DNA of 64,000 bases from assembly GCA_964500125.1 (NCBI GenBank), contig CAZCMV010000002.1, positions 4,173 through 68,172 of the forward strand, in the 5' to 3' direction. A program made the position numbers and the translations under genes. This stretch comes from an uncultured Bdellovibrionales bacterium (GTDB taxonomy: Bacteria > Patescibacteriota > Minisyncoccia > Moranbacterales > GWC2-37-73). Position 1 is the first letter of the stretch. Every line of letters begins with the position of its first letter. The notes beneath the pieces were generated by a model that saw only the letters and a program-made list of their open reading frames with translations, was not told the DNA's origin and did not search any database. Shown piece by piece: positions 28,737 through 39,008 of the stretch.

Positions 28737-31442
28737 ATGAAAAATAACCTCAAGAAACTCATTCTCATCGACGGTAATGCCATTATTCATCGGGCGTATC
28801 ATGCTTTGCCGCCTCTCACGACCAAAAAAGGCGAGCTGGTTAATGCAGTGTATGGTTTCACCTCAACGCTGCTTAGCGTAATTGAAAAGTTTAAGCCAGA
28901 CTATATTGCCGCTTCTTTTGATTTAGCCGCACCTACTTTTCGTCATGAAAAATTCGAAGAATATAAGGCTAATCGTGTGAAAGCCGATGATGAATTGTAT
29001 GCCCAAATTCCCTTGGTGAAAAAAGTGGTTGAAACTTTCAATATTCCGATCTATGAAAAAGCTGGCTTTGAAGCTGACGATGTGATCGGCACTTTGGCTA
29101 AACAAGCTGGAAATCTAGATAACAATGTAGAAACTATTATTGTTACGGGTGATATGGACACGCTGCAGCTCATCGATGAAAACACAAAAGTATACACCAT
29201 GCGCCGCGGGCTAAGCGATGCCATCATCTATGACACTGCCGCTGCCACCCAAAGATATGGCGGACTCACACCAGAACAGCTGATTGATTATAAAGGTCTT
29301 CGCGGCGACCCGAGCGATAATATTCCAGGTGTGAAAGGCATCGGTGAAAAAACGGCAATTACGCTGCTTTCGCAGTACGGTTCAATTGAGGGTGTGTATG
29401 AACATCTTGAAGAAATCAAAGGCGCAGTCAAAGAAAAACTTGCGCGCGACAAAGCGCAAGCGCTGCTCAGCAAGGAACTGGCAACGATAGATCGCAATGC
29501 GCCGGTGCAACTGGAACTGGAAAAAACTGTTTTGCATGATTTTGATCGCGATAAACTGGTGACACTTTTTGGAGAGCTTAATTTTTATAGTCTGGTTAAA
29601 AGGCTTCCTGCTGACCGATTCGAAACTACGAATGATAAATTCAAATCTGCGAACAAAAATACAAAATCCAAGGGGGTGAAGGATTTTAAGTATGAAATTT
29701 TGGGAGAGACTGAATCCGAAATGACTTTTGAGAAATTGGGTAAACAAGAAGCGTTGTCTATCGCGCTTGATGTGCGAGAAAACGCATTGAAAGGCGTGGC
29801 TTTTTCTTGGAAAACCGGCCGTGCAGCTTATATCCCCTTTGCTTCCTCTAACTCAAACAGTATAAAAGATATTCTGGAAAACGCTGCTATCAAAAAAATC
29901 GGCCATGATATAAAGACAATTTACAAAATATTAGCGAAAGAAAATATCAAACTTGCCAACATTGCTTTCGATACCATGATTGCTGCCTATGTGCTTGATC
30001 CGGGAAAGCCGGTAGTCCTTTCCACACTCACGCTGGAATATCTCGGCGAAGAACTTTTTCAAGAAACAAAAGGTAAACAACTTTCCATGCTGGAACTACC
30101 TGATGAAAAAGAATTTTCCGACCGCACATGCAAACAAGCCGATTATGTTTTCAAATTGCACGCCTCGTTGCAAAAAGAACTGGTGACAATCAGTGAGCAG
30201 CAAAAAAGTAGCGACCATCATACGGTTGCAGAAGTTTTTGAAAAAATTGAAATGCCTTTGGTGGAAATATTGGCCGAGATGGAATTGGAGGGAATCACCT
30301 TAAACACGCTCGTGTTCGAAGGTATCGCCGAAAAACTCGGTAAGCGTTTGGAAAATTTGGAAAAATCAATTCACGAACTTGCCACAAAAGAATTTAATAT
30401 CAACTCCCCTTCTCAACTTGCCGATATTTTGTTTAACACGCTGCAACTGCCTACTGTTGATATCAAAAAGGGCAAAACCGGTTATTCTACTGCTGCCGCC
30501 GAATTGGAAAAGCTACGCAGCGAGCACAAGATTATTGAAAAAATCGAGGAATATCGAGAATTATTTAAGTTAAAAACGACTTATCTTGATACGTTGCCAA
30601 CCATGGTTGATGAAAATTCGCGCATTCACACCACTTTCAACCAGGCCGTTACTGCTACTGGTCGTTTGTCTTCTGCAGATCCAAATTTGCAAAATATTCC
30701 AATTAGAACGGATTTGGGACAATTACTACGCACTGCGTTTGTGGCCAAAGAAGGATACAAGTTGATCAGTGCCGATTATTCTCAAATTGATTTGCGCTGC
30801 GTTGCACATGTAAGTGGTGATAAAAAAATGATCGAGGCTTTCCGACGCGGTGATGATATTCATCGTTTGACTGCAGCGGAAGTGAACAAAGTCACGCCTT
30901 CACAAGTAACCGAAAAAATGCGCTCTAGTGCCAAGGCGCTTAATTTCGGTATCATTTATGGCATGAGTTCGTTTGGTTTTTCTCAGTCTGCCGGCATTTC
31001 CAGAGAGGAAGCGCAAAAATTCATTAACGCCTACATGGAAAATTTTTCCGACGTAGCCCGTTATATGAAAGAAACTCGAGAATTTGTGCGCAATAATGGC
31101 TGGGTGGAAACATTACTCGGCAGGCGTCGCAATTTGCCTGAAATTAAATCACCTAATTTCCAAGTTGCCGCTTCTGCCGAGCGTATGGCCATCAATATGC
31201 CCATCCAAGGCCTTGCTGCCGATATTATGAAGCTTTCCATGGTAAAAGTGTTTGAAGCCTTTAAAAACAATCAAGAAGTAACTATGCTCCTGCAAATACA
31301 CGACGAAGTAATCTTGGAGGTACGAGAAGATTTAGTGGAGAAAATTGCAAAAAAAGTAAAAGAATTAATGGAAAATGTTCTTGTACTCAGTGTTCCTTTG
31401 ATTGTAGACGTGAACGTGGGAGATAATTGGGGAACCATATAA
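28737..31442 (+). CDS. polA: DNA polymerase I
   Basis: 5'-3' exonuclease N-domain plus family A polymerase motifs (DYSQIELR-like ADYSQIDLR, QIHDE). Confidence 0.95.
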   Translation: MKNNLKKLILIDGNAIIHRAYHALPPLTTKKGELVNAVYGFTSTLLSVIEKFKPDYIAASFDLAAPTFRHEKFEEYKANRVKADDELYAQIPLVKKVVETFNIPIYEKAGFEADDVIGTLAKQAGNLDNNVETIIVTGDMDTLQLIDENTKVYTMRRGLSDAIIYDTAAATQRYGGLTPEQLIDYKGLRGDPSDNIPGVKGIGEKTAITLLSQYGSIEGVYEHLEEIKGAVKEKLARDKAQALLSKELATIDRNAPVQLELEKTVLHDFDRDKLVTLFGELNFYSLVKRLPADRFETTNDKFKSANKNTKSKGVKDFKYEILGETESEMTFEKLGKQEALSIALDVRENALKGVAFSWKTGRAAYIPFASSNSNSIKDILENAAIKKIGHDIKTIYKILAKENIKLANIAFDTMIAAYVLDPGKPVVLSTLTLEYLGEELFQETKGKQLSMLELPDEKEFSDRTCKQADYVFKLHASLQKELVTISEQQKSSDHHTVAEVFEKIEMPLVEILAEMELEGITLNTLVFEGIAEKLGKRLENLEKSIHELATKEFNINSPSQLADILFNTLQLPTVDIKKGKTGYSTAAAELEKLRSEHKIIEKIEEYRELFKLKTTYLDTLPTMVDENSRIHTTFNQAVTATGRLSSADPNLQNIPIRTDLGQLLRTAFVAKEGYKLISADYSQIDLRCVAHVSGDKKMIEAFRRGDDIHRLTAAEVNKVTPSQVTEKMRSSAKALNFGIIYGMSSFGFSQSAGISREEAQKFINAYMENFSDVARYMKETREFVRNNGWVETLLGRRRNLPEIKSPNFQVAASAERMAINMPIQGLAADIMKLSMVKVFEAFKNNQEVTMLLQIHDEVILEVREDLVEKIAKKVKELMENVLVLSVPLIVDVNVGDNWGTI

Positions 31443-31538
31443 ATGCAAAATGTAAAATGTAAATGGAACTTTTTTTATCATGCTTGTATTTATAATTTTG
31501 ATTTTTGAATTTTGATTTTTGATTTTAGCGAAGCGCCA

Positions 31539-32363
31539 ATGCCTGAATTACCCGAAGTACAAACTGTCGTTAATGATTTGCAAAAACTTGCCGGTGACAC
31601 AATCACCGGTTTTTGGACTGACTGGAAACGCGCGATTGATTCCATATCTCCCGCATTACTGGAGAAAAATATCAAAGGCAAAAAAATAGTCGCCGTACGC
31701 AGACTGAGTAAATTTATTGTACTTGATTTATCTTCAAAAGAATCACTACTGTTACATCTAAGAATGACAGGAAAAATATTGATAGTTAAGGGTGAAAAAA
31801 GGAAAGTGAAAAGCAAACATTTGCATCATGTTTTTTTTCTTAAGAAAAACGGGGCTTTGGAATTTCACGACATCCGCAAGTTCGGTACTATTAAATTGAT
31901 GCCGACATCCGAAGTGGTTTTGGAAAATTTCAATCTTGGTGTGGAGCCTCTAGATAAAAATTTTACAAAATCTGTTTTGTCTTCCCTATTAGGCCAGCAC
32001 AAAAATAAGCCTCTCAAAAACTTATTGCTAGACCAAACTTTAATTGCCGGAATCGGCAATATTTATGCTTCTGAAATATTGTTTGATTGTAAAATAAGAC
32101 CAGACAGAAAAGCTGGCGATTTATCTGAAAAAGAAATCATGCATTTACATAAAAGTATCGTAAAAATACTTAAAAAAGCCATTCAAATGCGCGGTACCTC
32201 GGTTAGTGATTACCGAGATGGCTTCGGTCAAAAAGGTTCTTTTCAGAAAGTTTTGATGGTGTATAAAAGAAGTGGGCAAAAATGCAAAAAATGTGATACA
32301 ATTGTGGAGAAATTAGTCATGTCCGGACGTAGCACATTCTATTGTCCCACATGCCAAAAGTAA
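31539..32363 (+). CDS. mutM: formamidopyrimidine-DNA glycosylase (start at MPELPEV)
   Basis: N-terminal PELPEV, C-terminal zinc finger CKKCDT...YCPTCQK. Confidence 0.9.
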   Translation: MPELPEVQTVVNDLQKLAGDTITGFWTDWKRAIDSISPALLEKNIKGKKIVAVRRLSKFIVLDLSSKESLLLHLRMTGKILIVKGEKRKVKSKHLHHVFFLKKNGALEFHDIRKFGTIKLMPTSEVVLENFNLGVEPLDKNFTKSVLSSLLGQHKNKPLKNLLLDQTLIAGIGNIYASEILFDCKIRPDRKAGDLSEKEIMHLHKSIVKILKKAIQMRGTSVSDYRDGFGQKGSFQKVLMVYKRSGQKCKKCDTIVEKLVMSGRSTFYCPTCQK

Positions 32364-32454
32364 TATTGCTAAATGGTCACACTGCTACATTACTAGCTTA
32401 AGCAACTATTTACTTTAACAATGTGACCATATAACAATTTAACGATGTAATTCG

Positions 32455-33564
32455 ATGGGTAAAAAACAAATCGCCGTGATTATTATTATTGCGGCAGTGA
32501 TTGCGGGAGCAATCCTGTACTTCACCGTAGGAAGAAATGCTTTGCGCAGCAAAAATGTAAAGCAGATTCAGGTAAATAAGGATTCCAATGAGGAATCTAA
32601 GCAGTCTGCTAACAGCGGCAATGTAAGTCCTATATCAGGACTAGCTTGTGAGAATTGGAATCGCCGACCAGTCGCAGTCATGCAACCAGCCGATGTTTCA
32701 GCAAGACCTGCTGCAGGATTTTCCGATGCAGATATGGTAATTGAAATGCCCGTTATAACTGCAACAATTACCCGCCTCATGGGTATTTATATCTGTGGCG
32801 ACCCTGATGATGTCGGTTCAATGCGCAGCGCCCGTCATGATTTCGTGCATATAGCAAAAGGAATGGATGCAATTTTTGTTCATTGGGGACGCTCGGACAT
32901 TCCAGAATTCAAAGATCGCCTCAATAGTGGCATTGTTGATGACATGAACTGCAATAACGATGCTGGTAAGTCAGCTGGTCAATATTGCTACCGTAAGGAA
33001 GCTACTGGAACCATGCGTGGCGTTGATACAGGATATGCCAAATTTTCCGAACTGCTAAAAGGAGCTAAGGATTTCGGATATCGCATGGAAGGAAAATTTG
33101 TCGGATATCCGCATCAAGAAGAAGTAGCTCTTGACCAACGTCCTGGCGGCGGAAATTTGCGCGTAGCATTTGCCGGACCATTCGCCGTGGAATATGATTA
33201 TGACAAGGAAACTAACAGCTACAAACGCACATGGGGAGCAACCGCAGACACTGATCGCAACAACGGAAAAAGAATCGCACCAAAAAATGTTGTCGTATTG
33301 ATTGCAACATCTGAACAGATTGAGGGACAATACAACAACGTACAGCTTGGTGATCCATGGTATGACACTACCGACAGCGGAGAGGCTTACTATTACATCA
33401 ATGGTCAGGAAATAAAGGGCACTTGGAAAAAGGATAAATCAAAAATAGACAGCAAACTATATTTCTATGACCAATCAGGACAAGAAGTAAAATTCGTTCC
33501 TGGACAGATTTGGGTGGATATTTTAGAGCCAGGACAAACATTGCGCTGGACACCACAAGCATAA
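32455..33564 (+). CDS. DUF3048-domain (YerB-like) membrane-anchored protein
   Basis: N-terminal TM then RPVAVMQPADVSARPAAGFSDADMVIEMPV, resembling the DUF3048 N-domain. Confidence 0.5.
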   Translation: MGKKQIAVIIIIAAVIAGAILYFTVGRNALRSKNVKQIQVNKDSNEESKQSANSGNVSPISGLACENWNRRPVAVMQPADVSARPAAGFSDADMVIEMPVITATITRLMGIYICGDPDDVGSMRSARHDFVHIAKGMDAIFVHWGRSDIPEFKDRLNSGIVDDMNCNNDAGKSAGQYCYRKEATGTMRGVDTGYAKFSELLKGAKDFGYRMEGKFVGYPHQEEVALDQRPGGGNLRVAFAGPFAVEYDYDKETNSYKRTWGATADTDRNNGKRIAPKNVVVLIATSEQIEGQYNNVQLGDPWYDTTDSGEAYYYINGQEIKGTWKKDKSKIDSKLYFYDQSGQEVKFVPGQIWVDILEPGQTLRWTPQA

Positions 33565-33710
33565 AAATCTCAATTTCGAAATCTTAAATCCTAAACAAAT
33601 TTGAAATTAGAATTTTAAAATTTCAAAATCTCCGCGTTTTAATCTTTCGGATTTGTGTTATTTGATGTTGCTTAGGACTTAAATATTATGATTTAGAATT
33701 TGAAATAACC

Positions 33711-34676
33711 ATGATCCTTTTCTTCTACGGTGCGGATTCTTTCCGCTCACAAGAAAAAATCAGACAGCTCAAGGACAAATTCTTGGCAAAAGATAGCTCA
33801 GGCTTCGGCCTGAGCGTTCTTGACTTTGGTGAAAAAATAACTCTTTCTTCAGTCCAAGACGCTATTTCCACCGGTGGTTTATTCTCCTCTAAACGTTTTA
33901 TTATTATCCGAGATGCCATCAGTGAAACTTCAAGCGACACACAAAAAGAAATTGTAGCGCTTCTCAAAAACTACTCAGGCCTTGCTGATGACGAAGATAC
34001 CGTGATGCTTTTTTGGGAAACGAAAGATCCCAAAAAGAACGGCTCTCTCTTTAAATACCTTTACAAGGCCGCCAAAAAGCAGGAATTTGCGCCGCTTTCC
34101 AATGCAGAAATTTCCAAATGGATTATCAAAAAAACTTCCGAAATAAATCCTACCGTTACGATTGATCTCAAAACTGCGGATATGCTTGCAACATATGTCG
34201 GCAACGACCTTAATGCGCTGGAAAATGAACTTTTTAAGCTTGCCTCTTATTCCAAAGACGGGAAAATAACACCCCGAGATATAGAATTACTCGTAAAGGC
34301 CAAATTAGATTCGACGATTTTCGAAACCATTGAGGCTCTGACCAGTGGCAACAAAAAAAGAGCGCTTGAGCTCTTTCATCAACAAATTGCCAAGGGTGAA
34401 GATGCTTATTATATTTTGTCGATGTATGTTTACCAAATCCGCAACTTGCTCAAAATTGCCGACTGTGTGGAGCGCGGCAACACAAATCATTTCAACATCG
34501 CCAAAGAAACCAAATTACATCCATTTGTTGTCCAGAAATCCCTTCCCCACGTGCGCCAACTTTCACTTGAAAAAATAAAATCTCTGTTCTCTCAACTTGC
34601 CGACATCGACCACGCCGCCAAAACCGGCAAAGTCGATCTCATCTTGGCATTAGACACTTTCATTGCTTCAATATAA
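33711..34676 (+). CDS. holA: DNA polymerase III subunit delta
   Basis: MILFFYGADSFRSQEKI N-terminus, AAA+-like clamp-loader delta architecture, 321 aa. Confidence 0.65.
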   Translation: MILFFYGADSFRSQEKIRQLKDKFLAKDSSGFGLSVLDFGEKITLSSVQDAISTGGLFSSKRFIIIRDAISETSSDTQKEIVALLKNYSGLADDEDTVMLFWETKDPKKNGSLFKYLYKAAKKQEFAPLSNAEISKWIIKKTSEINPTVTIDLKTADMLATYVGNDLNALENELFKLASYSKDGKITPRDIELLVKAKLDSTIFETIEALTSGNKKRALELFHQQIAKGEDAYYILSMYVYQIRNLLKIADCVERGNTNHFNIAKETKLHPFVVQKSLPHVRQLSLEKIKSLFSQLADIDHAAKTGKVDLILALDTFIASI

Positions 34677-34803
34677 AACCTATCCATTGACCATCAGCTT
34701 TGTTTTGCGTCAATTTATTGCAATAGATTCTAAATCTAAGTATGTGATATTTTGACACGCACTAAAAAATTATTTTCTTCTTTATTTTAAAAAAACAAAA
34801 AAA

Positions 34804-34835
34804 CGCCATCTATTTTTGGCGTTTTTGTTGCAAGA
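34804..34835 (-). terminator. rho-independent terminator after rpsT (AACGCCA-N9-TGGCGTT with flanking T/A runs; bidirectional)
   Basis: 7-bp stem; U-run on minus-strand transcript. Confidence 0.6.
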
Positions 34836-34847
34836 TTATTTCAGAAA

Positions 34848-35120
34848 CTATTTTTTGAGAGCCAGTTTCTTTACGGTTGCGTTGAGACGGCTCTTTTTGC
34901 GTGCAGCGGTGTTTTTCTTGATCACATCCTTCTGAGCAGCCTTGTCGAGAGCTTTCTGAGCAGCCTTTAGCCATTTCTGAGCTTCAGCAATGTCTCCTTT
35001 AGTTACAGCTTCATTGGTTTTCTTGATTGCGCTCTTGAAAACACCTTTGGCAGCTCTATTCTTAAGAGTCTTGCGGTCAGTTACGCGCATGTATTTCTTG
35101 GCAGATTTTTTGATTGGCAT
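34848..35120 (-). CDS. rpsT: 30S ribosomal protein S20
   Basis: MPIKKSAKKYMRVTDRKTLKNRAAKG, basic helical 90 aa. Confidence 0.9.
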   Translation of the reverse strand: MPIKKSAKKYMRVTDRKTLKNRAAKGVFKSAIKKTNEAVTKGDIAEAQKWLKAAQKALDKAAQKDVIKKNTAARKKSRLNATVKKLALKK

Positions 35121-35134
35121 ATCTTAATTTATGT

Positions 35135-35163
35135 ACGAATTATATCCGAATTATATCCGAATT
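35135..35163 (-). promoter_or_regulatory. three direct CCGAATTATAT / ATTCGG repeats in the rpsT leader
   Basis: tacgaattatatccgaattatatccgaatt; same ATTCG core as the lexA leader array. Confidence 0.35.
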
Positions 35164-35231
35164 GTCTCGTAACAGTTTGTAATTATTACTTAGGTATTTT
35201 TAGCACGTATATACTATTTTGGCAAGTGTAG

Positions 35232-35513
35232 TCAGGAAACTGAAATCTCCAAAAGTTCTTCGCTGCCTAATTCCTTGTTGATTTGAGCAAGAATATATGC
35301 CCTGTTAAGCCAAATTTCATTTGCCCAAACGGAAGAATCAACATGGATAATCAATTTGTTTCCTTTGAGCATTTTGGGCTTGATATATTGTGATCCTTGT
35401 CGGCCATATTCGCGCTTGATGATATCACGAAAAACAAAAAAAACGCTCTGCTCATCCAGCGGACCGCTCCTTCTGAGAGTCTTTTTGGCTAAAAAAGAAC
35501 CTATTTTTTTCAT
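35232..35513 (-). CDS. DUF721/DciA-like protein (putative replicative-helicase loader)
   Basis: 93 aa; GNKLIIHVDSSVWANEIWLNRAYILAQINKELGSEELLEI matches DUF721 core; located directly downstream of dnaN. Confidence 0.5.
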   Translation of the reverse strand: MKKIGSFLAKKTLRRSGPLDEQSVFFVFRDIIKREYGRQGSQYIKPKMLKGNKLIIHVDSSVWANEIWLNRAYILAQINKELGSEELLEISVS

Positions 35514-35514
35514 T

Positions 35515-35645
35515 ATCGTATGTAAGAGCGACTCTAATACGCTAATTTGTCACCCTAATGACTCTAATAAATCCATTCGGGTCATTAGAGTGTCCGCCTC
35601 CGCCAGTTGGCGGATGGCGGAATTCGTAAATTAGAGTCGCCTCTT
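35515..35645. repeat. composite intergenic repeat element copy b, MITE-like, with inverted termini GAGCGACTCTAAT ... ATTAGAGTCGCCTC and nested GC hairpin
   Basis: Four TTAGAGT/ACTCTAA cores in inverted symmetry; right half near-identical to 13452..13508. Confidence 0.6.
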
Positions 35646-36793
35646 TAGCTTCTTATCGGCATGATAACGTAGGTAAAAGAATCTACAACTTTATTATCGT
35701 CACCTTCGGTAATTTTCAAAACAGCAGGAGAAGCACTGTCATTAAGCATTAACATCAGACGTGCAGATGAAACAGCTTGAACTCCATCAACCATATATCT
35801 TGGATTGAATATGATTTTTATGTCCGGACCTTCTATTCTTGCTCTCAGAATAGTTTGATTATCACCAATATCTTCTGCGCGTGACTGCACTGAAACTTGT
35901 TGCTCATTGGCTTCCGCAGAAATATGCACTTCGCCGGCCTTGTTGCTCGTAAAAACTCCGGCAAGCTTAACTGCGCGAAGTACTTCATCTTTTTCTAAAA
36001 CTATCTTTGTCTTGAAAGATTGAGGGATAATTTGTTTATAAGGAGGATATTTACCGTTAATCAGACGTGACACAATTCGCACATTATCAACTTGAAAGAA
36101 TATCTGACTTTCTTCAATTCCCACCAACACTTCCTGAGTTTGTTGACCAATAACACGTAAAACTTCAGCCATCGTATGCATCGGAACAATTGCAGAAGGA
36201 TTTTTTTCCAAAAAAGCTGCATATATTTGCGTATCTTTAGGTTTTGCGACAAGCACGCTTTCCGCTAAACGAAAACTATCCGTAGCAGCAAGGTGCACCT
36301 CGTCTGCAAACAACATCATATTGATACCTGTTAACTCCGGCCTAGTTGAATCCAAGGAAACACACGTAATCAATTTGGATAAATGTTCTCTTAATTCCTG
36401 AGCATCTATCGAAAAAAGGAAATCACCTTCCATTTCGGGAATTATCGGAAAATCATGTGCTTGCAAACCTTTCATGCGAGCTTTGGAAGAACCACTGGAA
36501 ATTTGCAAGATTTGATCTTTGAGCACCAGAGATATAGTGCCATCAGCAGAAAGGTTATTCACGAAATTGCTAAGCAACTTGGCTGGCACGGTAATTTTTC
36601 CCGCCTCCTCTATCTTGGCGCCTATCTTTAGAAAAACGCCTATTTCCAAATTAGTTGCCGAAACCTTAAGCATTCCTTGCTCTGTTTCCAAAAGAATATT
36701 TTCCAAAATAGGCAAGGCTATTTGTTTGCCCACCACTCGTTCAGTGTTATATATTGCTTTTTTGAAATTTTCCTGAGTACAAGTGACTTTCAT
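35645..36793 (-). CDS. dnaN: DNA polymerase III subunit beta (sliding clamp)
   Basis: 382 aa, three-domain clamp architecture, adjacent to dnaA. Confidence 0.9.
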   Translation of the reverse strand: MKVTCTQENFKKAIYNTERVVGKQIALPILENILLETEQGMLKVSATNLEIGVFLKIGAKIEEAGKITVPAKLLSNFVNNLSADGTISLVLKDQILQISSGSSKARMKGLQAHDFPIIPEMEGDFLFSIDAQELREHLSKLITCVSLDSTRPELTGINMMLFADEVHLAATDSFRLAESVLVAKPKDTQIYAAFLEKNPSAIVPMHTMAEVLRVIGQQTQEVLVGIEESQIFFQVDNVRIVSRLINGKYPPYKQIIPQSFKTKIVLEKDEVLRAVKLAGVFTSNKAGEVHISAEANEQQVSVQSRAEDIGDNQTILRARIEGPDIKIIFNPRYMVDGVQAVSSARLMLMLNDSASPAVLKITEGDDNKVVDSFTYVIMPIRS

Positions 36794-36891
36794 ATTCGTT
36801 TCTCGCTTTATTCGGATTAGTTTTGCAAATTTTCCGCATATGCCAACACAAAGTTCGCATATACATATGTAAAGAAATTCTAGAAATTATC

Positions 36892-38301
36892 TTAAGACAA
36901 ACTATACAATTTCTCCCTTATCATCATCAAATCTTCCTTTAATTTTTCATCTGTTTCTAACTCACGATTTATTTTTTCAAACGCATGTAATACAGTTGTG
37001 TGGTCACGTCCTCCAAATTGCTCACCAATTCCCGGATAAGAAGCATTTAGCTCGCTACGCATAATATACATTGCGATCTGGCGGGCACGAGCAACTTCTT
37101 TTTTTCTTCCTTTATCTATGAGGCTCTTTACCGGAATGAAAAAATAGGCAGACACCACGTTGATTACATCTTGCATCTGCACTCCCTTTTTCTTGCCTGA
37201 AGAAATTATTTCAGATAAAGTTTGTTTGACAAATTCCAGGGTCGGAAGTTTTTTATTAAATTCACAAGCCGCAATTATACGATTAAGAGCTCCTTCCAAT
37301 TCACGAATATTATTCCTTACATGTTCAACAACAAAAAACATCGTTTCATCATCCAAATAAAAATGCTTTTCCGCCAGCTTTGCTTTAAGAATAGCTGTAC
37401 GCGTTTCAATATCAGGTGCGCTGATATCAGCAATCATGCCCCCTTCAAATCTCGAACGCAAGCGCTCCTCCAATGTTGCAATTGCCTTAGGTGGACGATC
37501 GGAACTGATTACGATTTGTTTATTTATCTGGTATAACGCATTAAAGATGTGAAAAAATTCATTTTGAGTTTTTTCCTTGCCAGAAAGAAATTGTACATCA
37601 TCAATAATAAGCAAATCTATCTCTTGATAGGAGGCTTTGAACTCGTTAATATTCTGATTTCGAATCGATTCAATTAATTCATTAGCAAATCTTTCGGAGG
37701 TGATGTATTTTACTTTTCTTTCGGGATATTTGCGTAAAATTTCATTACCAATTGATTGCAACAAGTGTGTTTTACCCAACCCTACTCCGCCGTATATAAA
37801 AAGCGGATTATACACTCTACCTAAATTCTGGGAAACCGCATAACAAGCGGCGCGTGCCAACTCATTATTTTCACCAACAATAAAGTTTTCAAAAGTATAA
37901 CGAGAGTTAATATTGCTTTCAAAACCAATTGCAACAGGAGTCGTTTTTTTTGGCTCACTTGTTTGTTGTCCAGATACAATCCTAACTGGCTCTTGCTTTA
38001 AAACGATTGAATCAAGGGTTTTATTTTCAGTTTCGGCAGATACTTCAGGGGCATTAATAATACAACTTATTTCCTTTACATCAGTTTGGTAATTACGAAG
38101 TGCCCTATATATATAGGCGTTATATTTGTTTTCTAACCATTCTTTTGCAAAACCATTAGGAACAGCAATTACTATTTTTCCCGACTCATTTGAAAGAATA
38201 GACGTGTTTTTAAACCACGTCACAAAATTAGCTTTCGAAATCGAAAGCTCTATCTCCCCCAAGACAGCCTCCCAAAGCTCCTTGTTATTCATACGTTCCA
38301 T
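36892..38301 (-). CDS. dnaA: chromosomal replication initiator DnaA (start placed at MERMNNKELW; ORF track extends to 38346 over the first DnaA box)
   Basis: Walker A GGVGLGKTHLL, box VII, C-terminal DNA-binding helix with basic loop. Confidence 0.95.
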   Translation of the reverse strand: MERMNNKELWEAVLGEIELSISKANFVTWFKNTSILSNESGKIVIAVPNGFAKEWLENKYNAYIYRALRNYQTDVKEISCIINAPEVSAETENKTLDSIVLKQEPVRIVSGQQTSEPKKTTPVAIGFESNINSRYTFENFIVGENNELARAACYAVSQNLGRVYNPLFIYGGVGLGKTHLLQSIGNEILRKYPERKVKYITSERFANELIESIRNQNINEFKASYQEIDLLIIDDVQFLSGKEKTQNEFFHIFNALYQINKQIVISSDRPPKAIATLEERLRSRFEGGMIADISAPDIETRTAILKAKLAEKHFYLDDETMFFVVEHVRNNIRELEGALNRIIAACEFNKKLPTLEFVKQTLSEIISSGKKKGVQMQDVINVVSAYFFIPVKSLIDKGRKKEVARARQIAMYIMRSELNASYPGIGEQFGGRDHTTVLHAFEKINRELETDEKLKEDLMMIREKLYSLS

Positions 38302-38512
38302 GCATTCATTATGTATGAAAAAGTATAACATCGTCAAGTTATCCACACCAGCAGTTTTAAAAATGTATACTGTTAATAACCTGTGGATAAATAATGATTA
38401 CATCCACATCTTTCCCTTGGCCTGCTTTTCGATTAATTTATTGACTTTTTTACGCTAAATTGGTACACTTTTGCTTAGTACTGAATATAATTACTAAATT
38501 CCTATATCAAGT
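38302..38512. other. oriC region: DnaA boxes TTATCCACA (38339..38347), TGTGGATAA (38382..38390), ATCCACA (38402..38408) plus AT-rich unwinding stretch, between dnaA and rpmH
   Basis: Consensus boxes visible; canonical rpmH-dnaA intergenic location. Confidence 0.75.
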
Positions 38513-38647
38513 ATGAAAAGGACTTATCAACCAAAGAAGCTAAAAAGAAAACGCCGCCATGGCTTTCTGAAAAGAATGGAAACCCCTAATGGAGCAAAAA
38601 TTATCAAGAGTCGACGACAAAAAGGCCGTAAAAAGCTTTCTGTTTAA
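38513..38647 (+). CDS. rpmH: 50S ribosomal protein L34 (44 aa; below ORF-track cutoff)
   Basis: [44 protein letters not shown]. Confidence 0.9.
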   Translation: MKRTYQPKKLKRKRRHGFLKRMETPNGAKIIKSRRQKGRKKLSV

Positions 38648-38655
38648 ACAAAACT

Positions 38656-38997
38656 ATGCTGCCCAAAGAATTACGACTCAAAAATAGCGATGATTTTCAA
38701 GAAGTCTTCGCCAAAGGGACCGTATATTCTTTGCGCGGCATTTTTGTAAAGATTTTGCCGACAAAAGAATCTGCAACAAAAATAGGCTTTGTGATAAGCA
38801 AAAGCTGCGCCAAAACCGCGGTGGAGCGCAATAGATTGAAAAGAATAATGCGCGCAGCAATAAAACCATCAATAAAAACATTAAAACCCGGCTTTAATAT
38901 TGTAATCGGTTATAGCGCCAAAGAAAAAGAGGTGTGTTCTCGTAATTTAGAACCGATTATCAATCAATTATTAAATAAATCAAAAGTGCTCTCTTAA
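38656..38997 (+). CDS. rnpA: ribonuclease P protein component
   Basis: 113 aa basic; follows rpmH; KNRLKRIMRAA motif region. Confidence 0.85.
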   Translation: MLPKELRLKNSDDFQEVFAKGTVYSLRGIFVKILPTKESATKIGFVISKSCAKTAVERNRLKRIMRAAIKPSIKTLKPGFNIVIGYSAKEKEVCSRNLEPIINQLLNKSKVLS

Positions 38998-39008
38998 AAA
39001 GAAAAATT

